From contig JBITNC010000001.1 of assembly GCA_050084985.1 (NCBI GenBank), positions 130,448,001-130,512,000 of the forward strand: 64,000 nt of DNA, written 5' to 3'. The notes beneath the pieces are model-generated. The model had not been told where the DNA came from. It saw only the letters and a list, made by a program, of their open reading frames with translations, and ran no database searches. Positions 40,201-55,312 of the stretch are shown one piece after another. The stretch comes from Nageia nagi (Eukaryota > Plantae > Pinophyta). The stretch's first letter is position 1. The number at the start of each line of letters is the position of its first letter. Made by a program: the position numbers and the translations under genes.

Positions 40201-42099
40201 TGTTATCATACAGTTGTATCCTCCTTCCTTCTTTTTGAAAAAAAGTGAAATCATAAATTTATAAAAATTTTCATTTTATTAAATTTAAGTGTTTTTCCAT
40301 TGGTTGCATCCAAGTAGGAAACTACCTTCAAGTTACTTAACAAAATTGTTTATTCATGCCCAAATTACAATCAATATGTATGCAACAATAATAATTCACT
40401 TAGTCACTTCTAACTTGATTTCAAATTAGCTACAACAAACTATATGACTTAGTTGAGCTAGATCAACTCTCAAATCCAATATGATAACTAAATAAAATTA
40501 GTCATTTCTAAGCTTAGGCATACTTAGATGTGATTAGAAATTGCCTTGGTTGATTCAAGGTTAAAGCATTTAGGACTATGATTAAGTGTTAACTTTATTT
40601 GCTTCCATTTTTATAGTAATATTCATGAGATAATAATATTTCACATAGTTGCATCCCTTTTTCTTCTAAATTGACTACAACCATAGTATTTCACTTGGTC
40701 TCCTTAACTCAAACATTAGTACTAATGCGAAAAAGGGAAATAATATATTCAAATAGGCTAAGTCATAGACCTAAGAATGTTTTCTGTAGTTAGAAATATG
40801 TTCAAAATAATACAACAATGATAAGGAGATTGATTTAGTCACATTTGGATAGAAATATAACTCAATGAGATAAATATTAAATACTTAGTCACAATCACCA
40901 AGGCAATGAACTCAATGCGATGGAATGAAAGCTCTATCACTCCTACTTTAAACACTACAAACCACTCTGATAAAGGCTAAGACTAAGGCATATTCACCTT
41001 AAAAGCAAAATCAATGTGATAAAGGGAGACTTTAAAAGTGATAGGTGAGAAAATAAACCATGGCTTAAGTATTTATAGGCAAAAACCCTACCAAAGGACA
41101 CATGTTATCATTATAGGGACTAACATGATAAATTTGATGATGGAGGAAATATTGGTGGGTGGTTATGATTGAAACTATTATAATTTCTAGTTGATGAAAT
41201 TGGGTAATACCCTAAGTTTTGTTTGATATATGGTTTACTCAATGTGACAAACCATGACTCCTTTGTCGATGTGAGTTAGATGTCTACACAAAGTTACTAT
41301 GTTAAACATTTTCTTCACTCTAAGTTAGAAGTTTACCTCAATTCTACAAAGTAAAATTTTCAAATCATGTTAGGTAGGAAGTCTACTCAATATGATCATA
41401 GATAAACCCTTAGTCATATCTGATTATATTTCTACTTTGATGTGATAATTGAAGGTAAAAATATAGTAAAATTCATGAAATCTTGATCTAGTTTCAAAAA
41501 TGAAGATTGTTTTTGCTTTTAAGACTTAATGAGAACCGACTTCTACCTTTCAGTGTAAATATTGAGAACTTGATTTTGAAAATGAAAGTTTAAAACTTGT
41601 CATTAAATGGTTGAGTAGGAATGAATTCCATTTCATGTCTAGGTTAAGCACTAGTAATCAAAATGGAGAATGATATTCAATTATTTGTAAAAATTGACTT
41701 CCATGTTAATTTATAGAATATGATATCCAATATGAAAATGCTACCTAACAATCCAAAATCCTTTTGTGATGAAAAGGATGTGATCTTAAAAAATCTTTAC
41801 TTTTAGATTTTTAAACTATACAAATTTTTATGTATTTTTTGTTCATTAGGAAAAAAAAAGAAATTTTTCCTAGATACCTATTTTGAGGAAATAGTAAAAA
41901 CAAAATGATGTTAAAAAATTAGATGGTAACATATTGCTTAATGTTCATTTTCTTCTTTCTTAAAAGGTGATAATTTGGACTCATTCATATTTCTTGAGGA
42001 AATAATCAATTCTTGATATCTCATGGCTTCTTCAGTCGCATCACTAAAATAGAGTGGGAAAAAATAGTTTACAACATAGGAGAGTTCTAAATCTAAAAT

Positions 42100-42560
42100 A
42101 TTGATGAATAAATATTTATTAAAAGCTTCAATTGGTCTTAAATCTACTGGTATCTTTTGGTATAACTTATTAAATCAATAAATAAAATAAACTATCAATT
42201 ATTTCTCTTTTTTATTTATGTGGGAGATTTCATTTACAAATTTTGGACCAATAGCCCTACTTTTGAAACTTTTCAAGAAAACCATTGTGAGGTCATCCCA
42301 AGATGTTATGGAAGTGAGTGGTAATGAATTTTATCAATGTAATATTTCTTTAGTGAAGGTTTACATCATCATTTAAACTCCCAAATATTCATGTTCTATG
42401 GGTAAAATTTCATAAAACATGTTGAAATCATTAAGGTGTTCTTTAGCTATAATACTTGATGTCTCTTTGAAGTAGATAAGGAGGTTTTTTGTATCTTTTG
42501 GTAACTTATGCTTATCTCCTACTAACTTTAAAGTACATTGATTATTTAACTATGGTATCA
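42100..42560 (-). pseudogene. Gypsy retrotransposon gag remnant
   Basis: *NSLPLTSITSWDDLTMVFLKSF, matching the Retrotrans_gag WxxSLPxxSIxSWxDL motif. Confidence 0.7.
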
Positions 42561-43557
42561 TAACTCCTTATATGTTTTAGTTTGGGATAGATTCTACTCC
42601 ACCTAGAGCTCTACCTCCAAGACCTCTACTAGTAGGTGGTAGTTATCCTCCACTGACTTTACCTCCTACTCCTTGAATATATGGCATAGATGAGAGAGAT
42701 GGAATCAAAACATTAGAATATCTAGGTTATGTTTGAAGAGGATCAAGATTTTATATTCCTATTTAGATTTGATAATATTCATATCTTTTTTACCTATATA
42801 TATCTTTTCTTTATATATGTAATTTCCTTTCAATTTGAGTAGGATCTACACTCTTAATCCTACTATTGATGATCCATAACTTCTTATGTCCAGATAGGTA
42901 TTCTATTTTTAATAATAAATGAATAACTTAAAATTAAGTTGAATTAGTATAATGTACTTATCATTATTTTTAATGTTGATTCATATTGAATTAAATAACC
43001 TTCAATTGGAAGGACAAATTTAGATTTGTGATCAATAAAATCTTCCTCTTTTTCAAAATCACTATTTGAAATAAAACCAACAAAACAAAAATTTATACCA
43101 TAAAAATTAATTCTATTATTCTTATATCCTTTATGTCCATCAATATAGCTTTATGCCTAGTATGGAAAAGGTAGAAGTTTCTTCTCACTAATTGGTTTTT
43201 TCTGATATTCTGAGATTAGATTTATTTCCTTATTCATGTTCTCAATTTCTTCAATTAGAATGTTAGCAATGCTTATTATGTTCCTAGAAGAAATTGAATT
43301 TTGGATTACAACAAAAAGCTTGTTTACTCTTATCAATACATATTCGATCAAAAATAACTAAACTAAATTTCTTTCTATAGGTAAGAGAAACTTGATTCTG
43401 TAGTCGATAATGTCTTCTTTTTCAAATTCTTCTCTAGACTCAGTATAATATCCATCTATGGTATCAAAAATTTATTCTTAAAAAATACTTTAAGGTTTTA
43501 ATGGTCTTGGTGCTTCTAAATTTTTTTAACTTTTGAAAAGCCTTCTATTAAATATCA

Positions 43558-46500
43558 TTTTTTTTGGTAGTTTAAAAAAGATTTTGATACTATTTTTTCA
43601 GCTTACATATGATACAAAAATATATACAGAGCAAATTGCAAGCTAGCACATGAAATAGAAAATAGAGGGACATAATAACTAAGAAATCATTGAGGGGGGC
43701 TAGTAGTTTTTTGGAGTTTATGTTTCCAAGCAACATGGAAATGCTTTCAATTAGTAGTGGACTCTAATTTCTTGTAAGATTCTTCATTTATTGATGTGAA
43801 TGCTACCCAAATGGTTACCATATGTGAGTTAAAGGTGTGCTAGATTGTGTCAACAGAGGATTGTGATCTATGGAAGACACACTTGTTATGTTCCATACAA
43901 ATACACCATATAAGAATTGAGGTGGCTACATTTGATAATATTATCAAAGCTAAAAAAATAGAGAGGAGTCTCCAAAGAGAGGATAATGTCACCAACATGC
44001 TCAGGCATGACTCTAGGAAGTGAGATGATGGAGAGTAACCTATCCTAGGGGCATGAAGTAAATGGGAAATGAATAAAAATATGGGATCTTATTTCAGTTG
44101 AATCACCACATATGACATAATTTTGGTGGAGCATCCATCCTCATTTTGCTAACTGGTCCACTATTAGATATTTCTCATGAGAAACCATTCGTAAATGAAA
44201 ATTAGCTTTAGGACATGCTTTGGAATTCCAAATATTCCTCCAAACAATAGATAGAAATCATGTTTGACTTGGGTTGAGAAAACCTAAAATACGAAGCTAG
44301 TAAAGCAATAATTGGATTTTGAGGCAGCCCAAATGTGATGATCAACTTCATCTAGTTTGAGTTGGTATAAAAGTAAGAGAGACTCCAATTATTTTATTTC
44401 TCTTGTAAACTCTATTTGGATATAATTAAGACTCTTCTATTTTATTTTGAGAGAAGGGCCATCATATTCCCAAACCTAGTAGTCATGCACTTGGACTCCT
44501 CACTTGTGCTAAAGAAGCTACGCAATAGGGCAGAGAGCCAAGATGGAGGAAAGGGGAACCATGCATAATTAGGTGTCATTTGGAAGCTCACTTTAGATCC
44601 ATCATCAATAGTCCATTGTAGATTACAAAAAATAATAGGCATGACCTTACAAATGCCATTCCAAATCATGGATCCAGAGAGCAAATATTTTGAGGTGAAA
44701 ATATGTTTTGGTTCCCCACTTTCAAAGTATTTGGTTTGTATAGCTATGCTATAAAGGGAATGAGATTCAATGAAGATTATTTAGGTCAACTTACCTACCA
44801 TTATTTAGTTCATCATACAAAGACCCTAGATACCAAGGCCACTTGAGTCTATACTTGTGCAAACTACCTTCCAAGAGACTAGGTGGACTTTTTATTGTTT
44901 AAAGGTATCCTACCAAAGGAAATTCCTCATCAAATTTTCTAGTAAATGCAAGATTTTGTATGGCAACCAAAATATACCAAACCAAAATATTAGAATGGTA
45001 CTTAAAATGTATTTGATTTTTGTGAGTCTTTCGATCAATGAGAGTCATTTTTACTTCCATCTTGCTAGCTTGGATTATAACTTACTAATGATGTACTCCC
45101 AAAAATTACTAACATTTCCCCCTTAGAATAGTGGGATGCCTAGATATATGCTTGATAGTGAGTCCATAGACATACCTATCAACCTAGCCATCAATCGTAA
45201 AAAATGAGGAGAGAGATTAATTCCATAGAGCTTAGACTTATTGTAATTTACCTATTAACCAGAGGTAAGTTTGTAAGAGTTTAACATACTTTTAATTCTT
45301 ATAATCTCCTTAATGTTTGAGTATGAATCAAGTAGGGTACCATATGTAAATTGAGAATGAATGATAGGGGGAATATGTTGTTGATCTTGAATTCCTAGAT
45401 TCACCCAAATGATTGAAGGTGTCTCATTCCCCTACCTGTAACTTCTACCACTATGATGAATAGGTAAGGGGAGAGGGGGTAACCTTTTTTAAGGCCATGA
45501 GAGCTTGTGAAAAAACCTCTAGCACTTAGATTGACAAGGATAGAGAAAGAGGCATGATGGATAAGACTCATTATCCACTATATCCACTTCCTCTCAAAAT
45601 CAAACTTGGCTAACAAACACTCTTGGAAGGACTAATCAACTCTATCAAATACTTTCTTCATATTGATATTGATAAGAAAACCTTTCCTATTATGGGAGTT
45701 CAAGGAGTGGATAACTTCATGAATGAGAATAGGCTCTTCCATGAGCTACCTTCCACTAATGAAAGCTTTATGTTCTTTAAACATGAGAGTGTATATGACT
45801 CATTTCAATTGATTTGTGGCCACCTTGGATATGATCTTATAAATAGAATTGCACAAGCCTACGATGGGATGGAAAGCATCTAAGAAGCTTACCTTAGTTA
45901 CCTTGGTGATCAAAGTAAGGAAGGTGTGATTAAGTATTTTAAGCATCTATTTAGAAAAGAAATATTCCCTTACAACATTCATAATATCCACATTGAGAGG
46001 TTTTTGAAATTGTTGGAAAAAACCAAGGAAAAACCCATCTATTCCAAGGATCCCCAAATATTCATTTGAAATAAAACTTGCTCAAATTCCTCCTCTAAGA
46101 AAGGAACATTGAGAGAAGAATTCTGATAAAATGAGATAGTAAATGAGTTTAATTCTAGGAATTGGACTTGAGCTTGGATTCTATCTTGATCTTCACTTAT
46201 GAGGAAGTTCCTATAAAATGAAATGAAATGTTCATCAAGTTCATCCAGTTTGGAGATGTATATTCCATTAGAGGAAGTGAGGCTAGAGATGTGATTGGTG
46301 GCTCTATGGGACATGGTGGAGAGGTGGAAGTATTTTGTGTTTCTATCACCTTCCTGTAACCACTTTATGCAAGATTTTTTTTCCAAAATATTTCCTCTTA
46401 GATGTAAACCTCATCAAGACATTGGAGAATGGCTTGTTCCTATTCCAAGAGAGAATCATCATGTCCTTCTTGAAGGAAATATTCCACCTCTTGAATTTTG

Positions 46501-47680
46501 TGTTCCAACTTAACTCTTTTTTTTTGAAACATGCCCAAACATGGTTTTGTTCTAGTATTTTAGTTTGTACTTGAGCCTACTAAGTTTGGTAGCAAACAAA
46601 CACATGTGGGTATCATAGATCTGGTTCTCCTCCTACCATCATTTTTTTATTTGATCAATGAAGTATGGATGTGACAACCACATACACTTGAAGTGGAAGG
46701 GGGAGCCTCTAGGCTTGGATTGCAAATCAAGTGAAAGCATTATAGGTTAATGGTTAAACCTCTATGAGGTAAAACCTTAGATTATATGAGAATACATTTA
46801 TCATACCAATGTGCTGTGTGTAGGAAATTATCAAATTTCTAGAGAATTATGTGAGGTACATTATTTTTATTGGTACAAGTGAAGAGACCATTCTTATAAA
46901 AAGATTCCACCAATAGGTTATGATCAATAAAATAATTAAGGAATTCATGTCTCAATTCAAGTTTTTTGGTTCTACCTTGTTTTTCCTCTAAACTATGCAT
47001 GGAATTTACATCTCCCCCTCTGATGGAAAGGAAATCACCATGAAAGAGAAACCAAAATGATATTTGGTTCCAATTATCCTATTTTTTAAAATATTTTGGG
47101 GGGAATACACATTTACTATACCAAAATGAAGATCAGTGGTGAGGCATTTACATGTTACAACTAGCCAAGAGTCTTTCATGCCAGTAAGACTACATTGAAT
47201 TTGGGAATTATCCCATAAGAGGATAAGCTTGCTATATTAGCCTCTGGAGTCACTAGCCAAAATTTATCTCTAAGGCCAAATCTTATTTGTATAGCTCTTT
47301 GCTTCTTTTATCGATAGTTTGCATTCTTGAATGAGTAGAATCAAGGGTCTAATAAACTAAATCATAGCTCTAAATTTTCTAAGTTTTAAGGGGTCATGGA
47401 AGCCCCTTGTATTCTAGGATGTAACCAAGATAATTACATAGGCTTTTTTTTCTAAGAACTCATCCATTTGAGATTGAGTCCCTTCAACTAAACCTTAAAT
47501 GGCTTGCTTCTAAAATTGATCATGAAAGTCTAGCATTCGCTATTCCTTTTCTTTTCTATGTTAATTGTTTTAAGATTGTTTGGGGTCTATTTGATCAGAT
47601 GATATTTAGGGGAGAGTTCTTAAAGTAGCTAAGTGCTAGTGTACTAAGGTGAATCCTCTATTATCTTTGGTAAAGAATAC
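43558..47680 (-). mobile_element. Degenerate L1-clade LINE (end of ORF1 plus ORF2: APE endonuclease, RT, zf-RVT); 5' boundary uncertain
   Basis: S*NTRGFHDP start near 47430, PFHFKCMWLSHP, KWLQEGDRNTKYFH, GYPLSPYLFIIVVE, IWNGI, WNSKACPKANF. Short poly(A) read as T8 at 43558-43565. Confidence 0.88.
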
Positions 47681-47862
47681 CCTCTTAATTAATACCCATT
47701 TCATCTAGTGGTTATGTATTAAATTCATAGTTATAATTCTAATGAATGATTTCTATCGCTATAAATATATCTCCAAAGAAGGTTGGTTCTTATTAGGATT
47801 AAACTGGGAATTGTAAAAGCAAAAGTTGCAAAAAAAATTATGAGACTAAAGCAAATCTAAAA

Positions 47863-48390
47863 TGTTAGGTTAGTGAGTGTAAATGAGAAAAAATAAATAT
47901 TCAAACTAGCATAGGCATCCATTATAGCAAATCCAAGCTAGTCAAATACTTTGGTTTTGTAACCACCAAATAATGCATGAAATTTTAAGTAATAATAACC
48001 TACAAGTGCTTTACAGATATGGATTATCTATTGATAAGCTCTCATAATTCATGAAGTGCAAGCAAACATATCACATAATGATTTAAGAACAGTGACAAAT
48101 AGATCATAGTTAAGAGATTAAGAAGCAAATTATATTCTATTATCATTTACACAAGTACAAAATAGGAGTAATATCTACTATATTCGATCCCTTCTCATTC
48201 AATAAAGGTAATATTTATAGTTTTTCTCTAAAAAATATCTTCTAACTAATTCTTAACAAACTTTGACAAATAAAATATTTGTAACTAACTATATAGATAT
48301 TTATAGTGTATCAAATTTGATCTCTAATAAGACTTACAACTTGGATTCAAATCTACAAATATCTAGATGAATCTTTCATATGTGCTAACA
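47863..48390 (-). repeat. Candidate LTR (tgttag..ctaaca)
   Basis: 6-bp inverted termini and position downstream of the 49-53 kb ORF. No partner or TSD in the window. Confidence 0.3.
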
Positions 48391-49249
48391 TTCTTCAGCT
48401 TCTTTAGAACTTGAAAGCTAAATCTGTAAATTGAAATCACCTTCTTGCAATGAAAATATGTTTTGTTGGAATTTTGACAATATATACAAGTACTTGGATT
48501 CAGACAGACCCGTAGGAATCAAATGGTAAAACATATTATTTTGATAGAATGCTATAAGCATGCTTTGATTTGGATGGTCAAAACCTAAATCTTCAAAATT
48601 GGAATATTTAAGATGATTGATTTAATTAATATTCTCATTGGTATATGATCAAACCATCTCTAGTAGGGCTAGAATTGAAGAAATTTACTTATCTAATTTT
48701 CTTGCTATTTCAGAGGAATATGGTCTTCTCCGTTCTATCGAATCTTTTACAAAATTAAATGTTTAATAAAACATAAGAAAATGGCTAAGTATAACATTGT
48801 ATTATTTTGTTTCCACTTTGGTGAACTTCATTCATCTAAAAATTGTTGCATCCTTGCTAAAATTGAACATTATTGGAAATGTTCAAAAATGAGGAAGTCC
48901 CAACACTTAACTTATTTTTCTACTACTCTAGAAACTTTGTGCACACCAATACTCCCATATCTCTACCAAAATCAAACACTATAGAAAATGTCTAAAATAG
49001 AGCATACACATAAAAAAACTCATCTTATATCTTCAAAAAATGTATGGATATATATTCTAACATCTAGTTGGTAGATTTTTGCTACCAAATCTCAAAATTG
49101 GGACCAAAACTATCAAAATTTGTACAAAACTTCCATCAAATTGTACAAAAAACACCTTAAGTTGTTTTGTCCTTAGGCAAAATTGTAAGAGCCTTGGATA
49201 ATTCTACATTCATTGAAAGATCAACATCTTATATGAGCAAAGCTAAAGA

Positions 49250-52200
49250 AATAAATTGATTAATGAACTTCAAATTGATGTTTGGTTTGAATTTGGTTAA
49301 TTTTACTACCCACTTCTCTACATTTTTCATCTCCTGAGTAAACTTTAGGAACTTGTCTTCAAAATTATCTTCTATTCAATTTGCAAAGGTGTCATTTTCC
49401 TTCTATACTTGGTCACTATATGGCTTCATTTCATCAAATGCAAATACATTATTATCTTCCTTATACATGGGAGGCATCTTATTTCTATCAAAATACTTTA
49501 ACATATTATTTAATTTATTGATTTTTGACATGAGTGAATCCATATATTTATCTATACATAGCATCAATTCATGTAGATGAGCCACTTTCTATGTCATAGC
49601 CAAAATTTTATCTTGAGAATCATCAGTGCCTATATTTGTAACCTCTTTCTAGTTCATCACCTTAATGATCTCTTGATTTTCATTATTCATATTTGCAATT
49701 CTACTCTTCTTATCAAAAATAAATTAATATTTCTCTATTTTCTTTTCACAATATAGTACATATTCTCTAACTAAATTGAATAAATCTAAAAGAGGAATAA
49801 CCTTACCCAAGTAACTTAACTTAATATTTTTCAATACATCAAACTGAGACTATGTTAACATTGGTGCCTTTGTGTGCTGGGCTAGAGTTTGATCTTGATT
49901 TTTTAATTTTTCTTCAAACTTTACCTTAGTCTTACCAAAAGTCTTAGCTACTATCTTCAGAGCTTCAACTTTCTTGGAACAAGCATCTTGTAAAGCCTTG
50001 AAATTTTCTTATAGTTTCTTCTTCTCATCTTTAAGTGTTTTGTATTATTCTTCCTTACTTTTCAATGAAGCTTTCAAAAAGTCAATCTCTAGCTCTAAGC
50101 CTTTATTTGGTCATTTTCCATTATTAGCTCATTTCCTTTCATCTTGAGCTCTTCTTCCATTTCTTCTAACACCTTGGCCAATTTTGAAGATTATGTAATC
50201 TCTTGTAGTTCCTTTATCTTCTTGTTTAATAGGATAATCTACATTAAGTGGATTTTTTCCTTTTTATTTGTTGCAGCCTTTTGCTTCTCTAATTTATCCA
50301 CATTCCTCTTCAAAAGGGTCACATAAATGTCTATAAGTGTCCTACAAATTTTCATGATTTTTCATTATCCATATGGCTTATTTTAGCATATGTTACCTAT
50401 AGAGATATACCTTTTACATTTGAAGCTTTGTTCAAAATATGGGTCCATATATTTTGCTAAAATATCCAAGACTTGCTTGCGAATATCCATAGCTATATCT
50501 AGTTGTATTTGATCAAGGATTTTCTATTCTTTTTGAATCTTCTCAAACAAATCCTAATTATAATTATCTATTTTGCTATATTATATGGTTTGTTAGGAAG
50601 TGTCTAACATATGAACTAATATGGGAGGGATAACTATAACAACAATATCATCATCATCATAATCATCATCATCATCCTCATCAGATTTATCACTTACCTA
50701 TGTTTTCTATAGGTTGCCTAACACTATATCTCCTGGAGAAGGAAAATTTGGAATCCACTCAGGACTTGGCTCCTTTTCTTCTTTCCTCTCTAAAGTAGTC
50801 ATTTTCTCCTTCTACATAGGGATTCCCTATTTGGATGTGTTCTTTGATTAAGATGTTTTTTTTTTTATTCATATTCTCTTCACTAATGAAAGGCTTGGTG
50901 GATTCAAAGTCTTGAATTTCATTGTCTTCTAGCTTATCATCTCTAGTTACATCTCTTACAATCTCATCACTCTTTGTCGTAGATCCTTGAAGGATCATAT
51001 TGATAGGTGGTGACCTCTTTTTCTATTTTTTATCCTTCTTTGTTATTTATAAGTCTTTTTTGGGTATTGGTATTTTCTTTTTCTTATAATTCTCTTATTT
51101 TCTAAAACATCTTCCTTTTCAAGTTGTTTTTCTAATTTGGCATCTTCCTTTTCCTTCCTCTTCTTCTAGCTTTCTTCATCTTCTACCAATTTTCTTTCCA
51201 TTTCTTTCATGTATTCAATGTATTTGTTTGACACTATTATGTTTACAACTTTGGCCTTCATGAAAGCTTTAAGCAACTTAGGATTTCCTCCATATTTCTA
51301 CTACTTAGCTAGCAATACTTCTTCTATAGCAATTAACTTAAATTTACCTTTTGTATCCTTCAAGAGTTTGTCAACCATTTTGATACTTTTCTTTGCTAAA
51401 TATTTTATCTTCCTCAATGCATACTAGTTTTCATAAGCTTTAGAAAAAGCTTTATCCTAATTGCACATCCATGAAGGAGACTTTTGTTTACTTTCCACTC
51501 TGTACTAAATAAAATATTTATTTTTATGTTCCATCCAATCAAAATTATCCAGCCTCTTTAGTAGATTATTTGATGTACTCTTGTCCATAGCAATGGTAGT
51601 TGAAAATTCAATTATGATGACATAATTCTATCTGCATAAGGCCATGTATGAAGTTTCCAATAGTGAGTTTGGTAAAAAGGGTCCTATATCAGAATTGTTC
51701 CTATGATTTTCAAATTTGTTCATAGATACTCTTATAAAATTTGGTACCTTTGAGTTCATAGATTTCAAATGAGTAGTAAATATCCCAAGTGGATCATATG
51801 GGAAAGAAACATTGATTTAAGAAAGCTATAAGTTTTTCATTTTTGTTATCAAATATCCCTAATAGTTTTTATGAAGAGTTTGAATGGAATTAAAGCCAAG
51901 GGGGTATATGTAAATACTTTTCTTCCCTTAGGGACTATCCACATAATTTCCACATAGTCTTCCTATCGAGTGACATCCATAGTAAACAACCAATTTAAAA
52001 CATAAAATGGTGACTTCATGGGATTATCACAAAATCCATTCAATAGGATGATTGTATAGTAACCAAAAAAATATTAATCACCCTTCCTATATTGGCCCAT
52101 GTTCAAATTTGATAAATTTCTAAGAAAATATTTTTCAAAAATGAAATTTAAGTCTAGAAAAAGAAAATAACTTGCAAAGTTATAATACAACCTATTAATG

Positions 52201-53061
52201 CTCAATAACTGGGTCCACTTATCCACTCTTATGGGAGTTCCATCTTCATGTGTTTGAGTAAACTGCAAATATGGGAAAACCTTTGGATGTTGATGAAGTA
52301 AAACCCAAACCAAACAGAGTAGTGAGGAATAATGGAATTGATTGAGCTTGTAAATATTTTCCAATATGATATCCATTCTATCATCTATCATCTCAAACTA
52401 GTCTTGATTATACTTGACATGAATTTTTATTGTCAAGTATACCATTGTGATATGTTCTGGCTACATGATTTGGATATCCTTCTCCTCAAAAAGCACCATG
52501 ATAAGAATAAGGAAGTGGAACAAATCAGGTTTCAATCATAAAATTCCATATAAATTCTTTCTTTCAACAATAGAGTTTAGTAAATAGGAATTCAACCAAT
52601 CTAATGAATATTTGTCTATATCTTTGGCTGTTACTTTTACACTGGTCCATTTCAATGAAGTATCTGGTTGATGAAGGGCTTTATACATGGCATATCAGCT
52701 TAAATCAAGAATAATATTTCCATGATTATTTTGAATATTTTTTTTACTTCTAATCTATTTTCTTTGATATGTCATCAACACGCTTGGGATAGGGATGATA
52801 TCCTTCCTACAAAAATTAAAAGACAAACTCATATTCATAAACTAAATCCCATAATTGATTATCTTTTGCATTTGTAGCTTTTGGGGGTTTAATTTTCAAA
52901 TCTATATGGTTTTCCAATAGATTTGTATAAAACAAAATTTCATTTCTATCATTTATAGTGCTATGAGAGGTTGTAAACTTACCCATTATGGCAAAATTAT
53001 TAGACATGATATAGAAATGATTGAATCGAAAGCTAGAATATGTAAACCTTAGGGTTTCCAA
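49250..53061 (-). pseudogene. Extra 3' ORF downstream of integrase (~3.8 kb, decayed)
   Basis: MIDDRMDIILENI..FHYSSLL, FPYDPLGIF, K/E-rich tract, poly-Asp ((cat)n at 50647-50682) and coiled-coil-like tail. Same layout as copies A and B. Confidence 0.62.
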
Positions 53062-53269
53062 TAACTCAAAAAGTCATAGAGTAAAAATGCTAAGGAATGG
53101 ACTTGAAATGGGGTTAAAAGTAAATAAAAATGCCTACCTACCCTATTTAATGTAAAATATGTTCCTCAAAAACTACACACAAGAAAATTAAAATTAAATA
53201 TATACATATAATACAAACTTACATAGTTAAATAATATTTTACAACATTAAATGCTAGTAGTTGATTATG

Positions 53270-55312
53270 ATTGAAAGGACCCATACATATATTACTTCCA
53301 ATTCAAATGTGTTGCTTTATATTTCTTTGAAAATAATTTATGGTCCGAACCATAAAGAACCAAACTTCTAGTGGCATCCAAGCTTAGCTCAATCCTTGCC
53401 CCATTTGAGAACCAAATCACTAGGCTTGAAATAAAAATTTAATGCATACATTTTATTGAACCATTTTTTTACCATACTATTTCTTTTCTGAATTTGTTTG
53501 TATGAAATCTCTGAGAGCTCATCTAAGTAGATAAGATAAATCATCCTTACTTGTAATGGGTCTAAATTGTTCATCTCATATCAGTTAAGCAGTTGTAATA
53601 TAGATAACTTGATGTGAGTTGGCAATATAGGTCTTTTCCCATAATCTAGAATATAAAGAGAATTTTTTATGGAAGACTTATAAGTTATCCAATCTATCCA
53701 TAATGCAAGGTCATACTTCTTATCCCAATCTCTTTTATTTTCATCTATTATCCTCTTTAGGATTCTCAACATCTTTTTATTTATTAACTCAACTAATCCA
53801 TTACCATGAGAGTAATAATTGGAAGGGGTTTTCCCATAAATGGCATACTTAAGAGAAAATTCTAAAACTCTAGCTCCTAAAAATGTCGAACCATTATTTG
53901 ATATAACAATTTGTGGAATACCAAATCTTGTAATAATTCTCTCCATGAAAGAGATGATTGTATCTTGATCTTTGTATTTACTAGTAGAAGCTTCCATTCA
54001 TCTTGTAAAATAGTCTATAGTAGTCAAGATGAATCTATTTTTGGATGATGACCTTGGATTGATTATGCTAATAATATCAAGGCCCCATTACTCAAAGGGT
54101 TTTTCTATAGTGATAGGTTGTAATGGAATGGATATTATTCTTCTCCTTCCCATAAATATGTGAAACTTATCATATTTTTTAGGAATTTGAAATGAATCTA
54201 TATACAAAGAAGGCCAATAAAAACCTACCTATAAAATTTTTATCATAGTGGTGTATCTTGAATAATATAGTCTAGAAAAACTAAAATGGAATTCCTTTAA
54301 AACTTCAACAAATTTCTCATGATAGATGTATCTCAATAACAATCCATCATGATTCTTTATGTATAATACATGATCTATCTTACAATAATTAAGAGCATTT
54401 AATCTGAACCTTCTCCTTTGAGAGGCATTGAGTTTAGATGGTAGTCTACCACTATCAAACAAAATACACAACTTTGTGTTATCCAATTTTTTGGTTCTTT
54501 TAGAACTTATGAAATTTTTATATCTTAAGTTTTCACTTCAAAAATCATAACATATTTGAAGCTCTAATCTTCAACTAATTACTTGCAAAGAGCTCTCCCC
54601 TTAACTACCTTGGTAGGATGGATTTCAATATCATACTTTAGAATCTTTGTAATCCATCTAGCTCTACCAAAATCCATCTCACCTTGGAGAATATAACTTC
54701 TAACATTAGGATGAATGGTAAGCACTAGAGTTTTATTTTGAGAAATGTAGCATTTAAACTTATTAATATATTTCATTATTATAAACACCTATTTTTCAAT
54801 GAATCCATACCTTTCCTCAGCATTATGTAAAGTTTGAATAAAGAAAGTTATAGGGTGTTCACCATGATTGTCTTCTTTTTGTGTTAAAATTATTGCTATG
54901 CTTTTCTCTGCTCCATAAGCATACAAGATAAATTCCTTTTAGAATTATGGATTCTTTAAAATTGGAGCAGACATAATGGCATATTTTATCTATTCAAAAG
55001 CTATAACTTGATATGTTGTTTAGTGAAAAGAAACTATTTCTTCAAGTAGTTATGTTATTGGATGGAAATTTTCAACAAATTCCTAGATGAACCTCCTTAT
55101 AAAATTGATTTGGCCTAAAAATGCTTGTAGCTTCTTAATATTGGATATAATAGTGAGTTTAGAGATAGGTTTCACTCTCTCTAGATCAATTGAAAATCTA
55201 TCTTTTGGAATCATATGCCCTAGAAATGTTTCTTGATCCATAGAAAATATAAATTTTTCAAATTTAATGAAATTTCAAATTCTTAAAATTTAAGAAAGTT
55301 TATTAGAGATGT
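53270..55312 (-). pseudogene. RT C-terminus, RNase H and integrase remnants
   Basis: ETFLGH, GRARWITKILKYDIEI, IITRFGIPQIVISNNG, YYSHGNGLVE, SLWFGP. Confidence 0.9.

Noticed and set aside
40300-41450. LTR or promoter with minus-strand TATA (gcctataaata near 41075)
   Set aside because: No definable TG..CA ends, partner or TSD; left unannotated.
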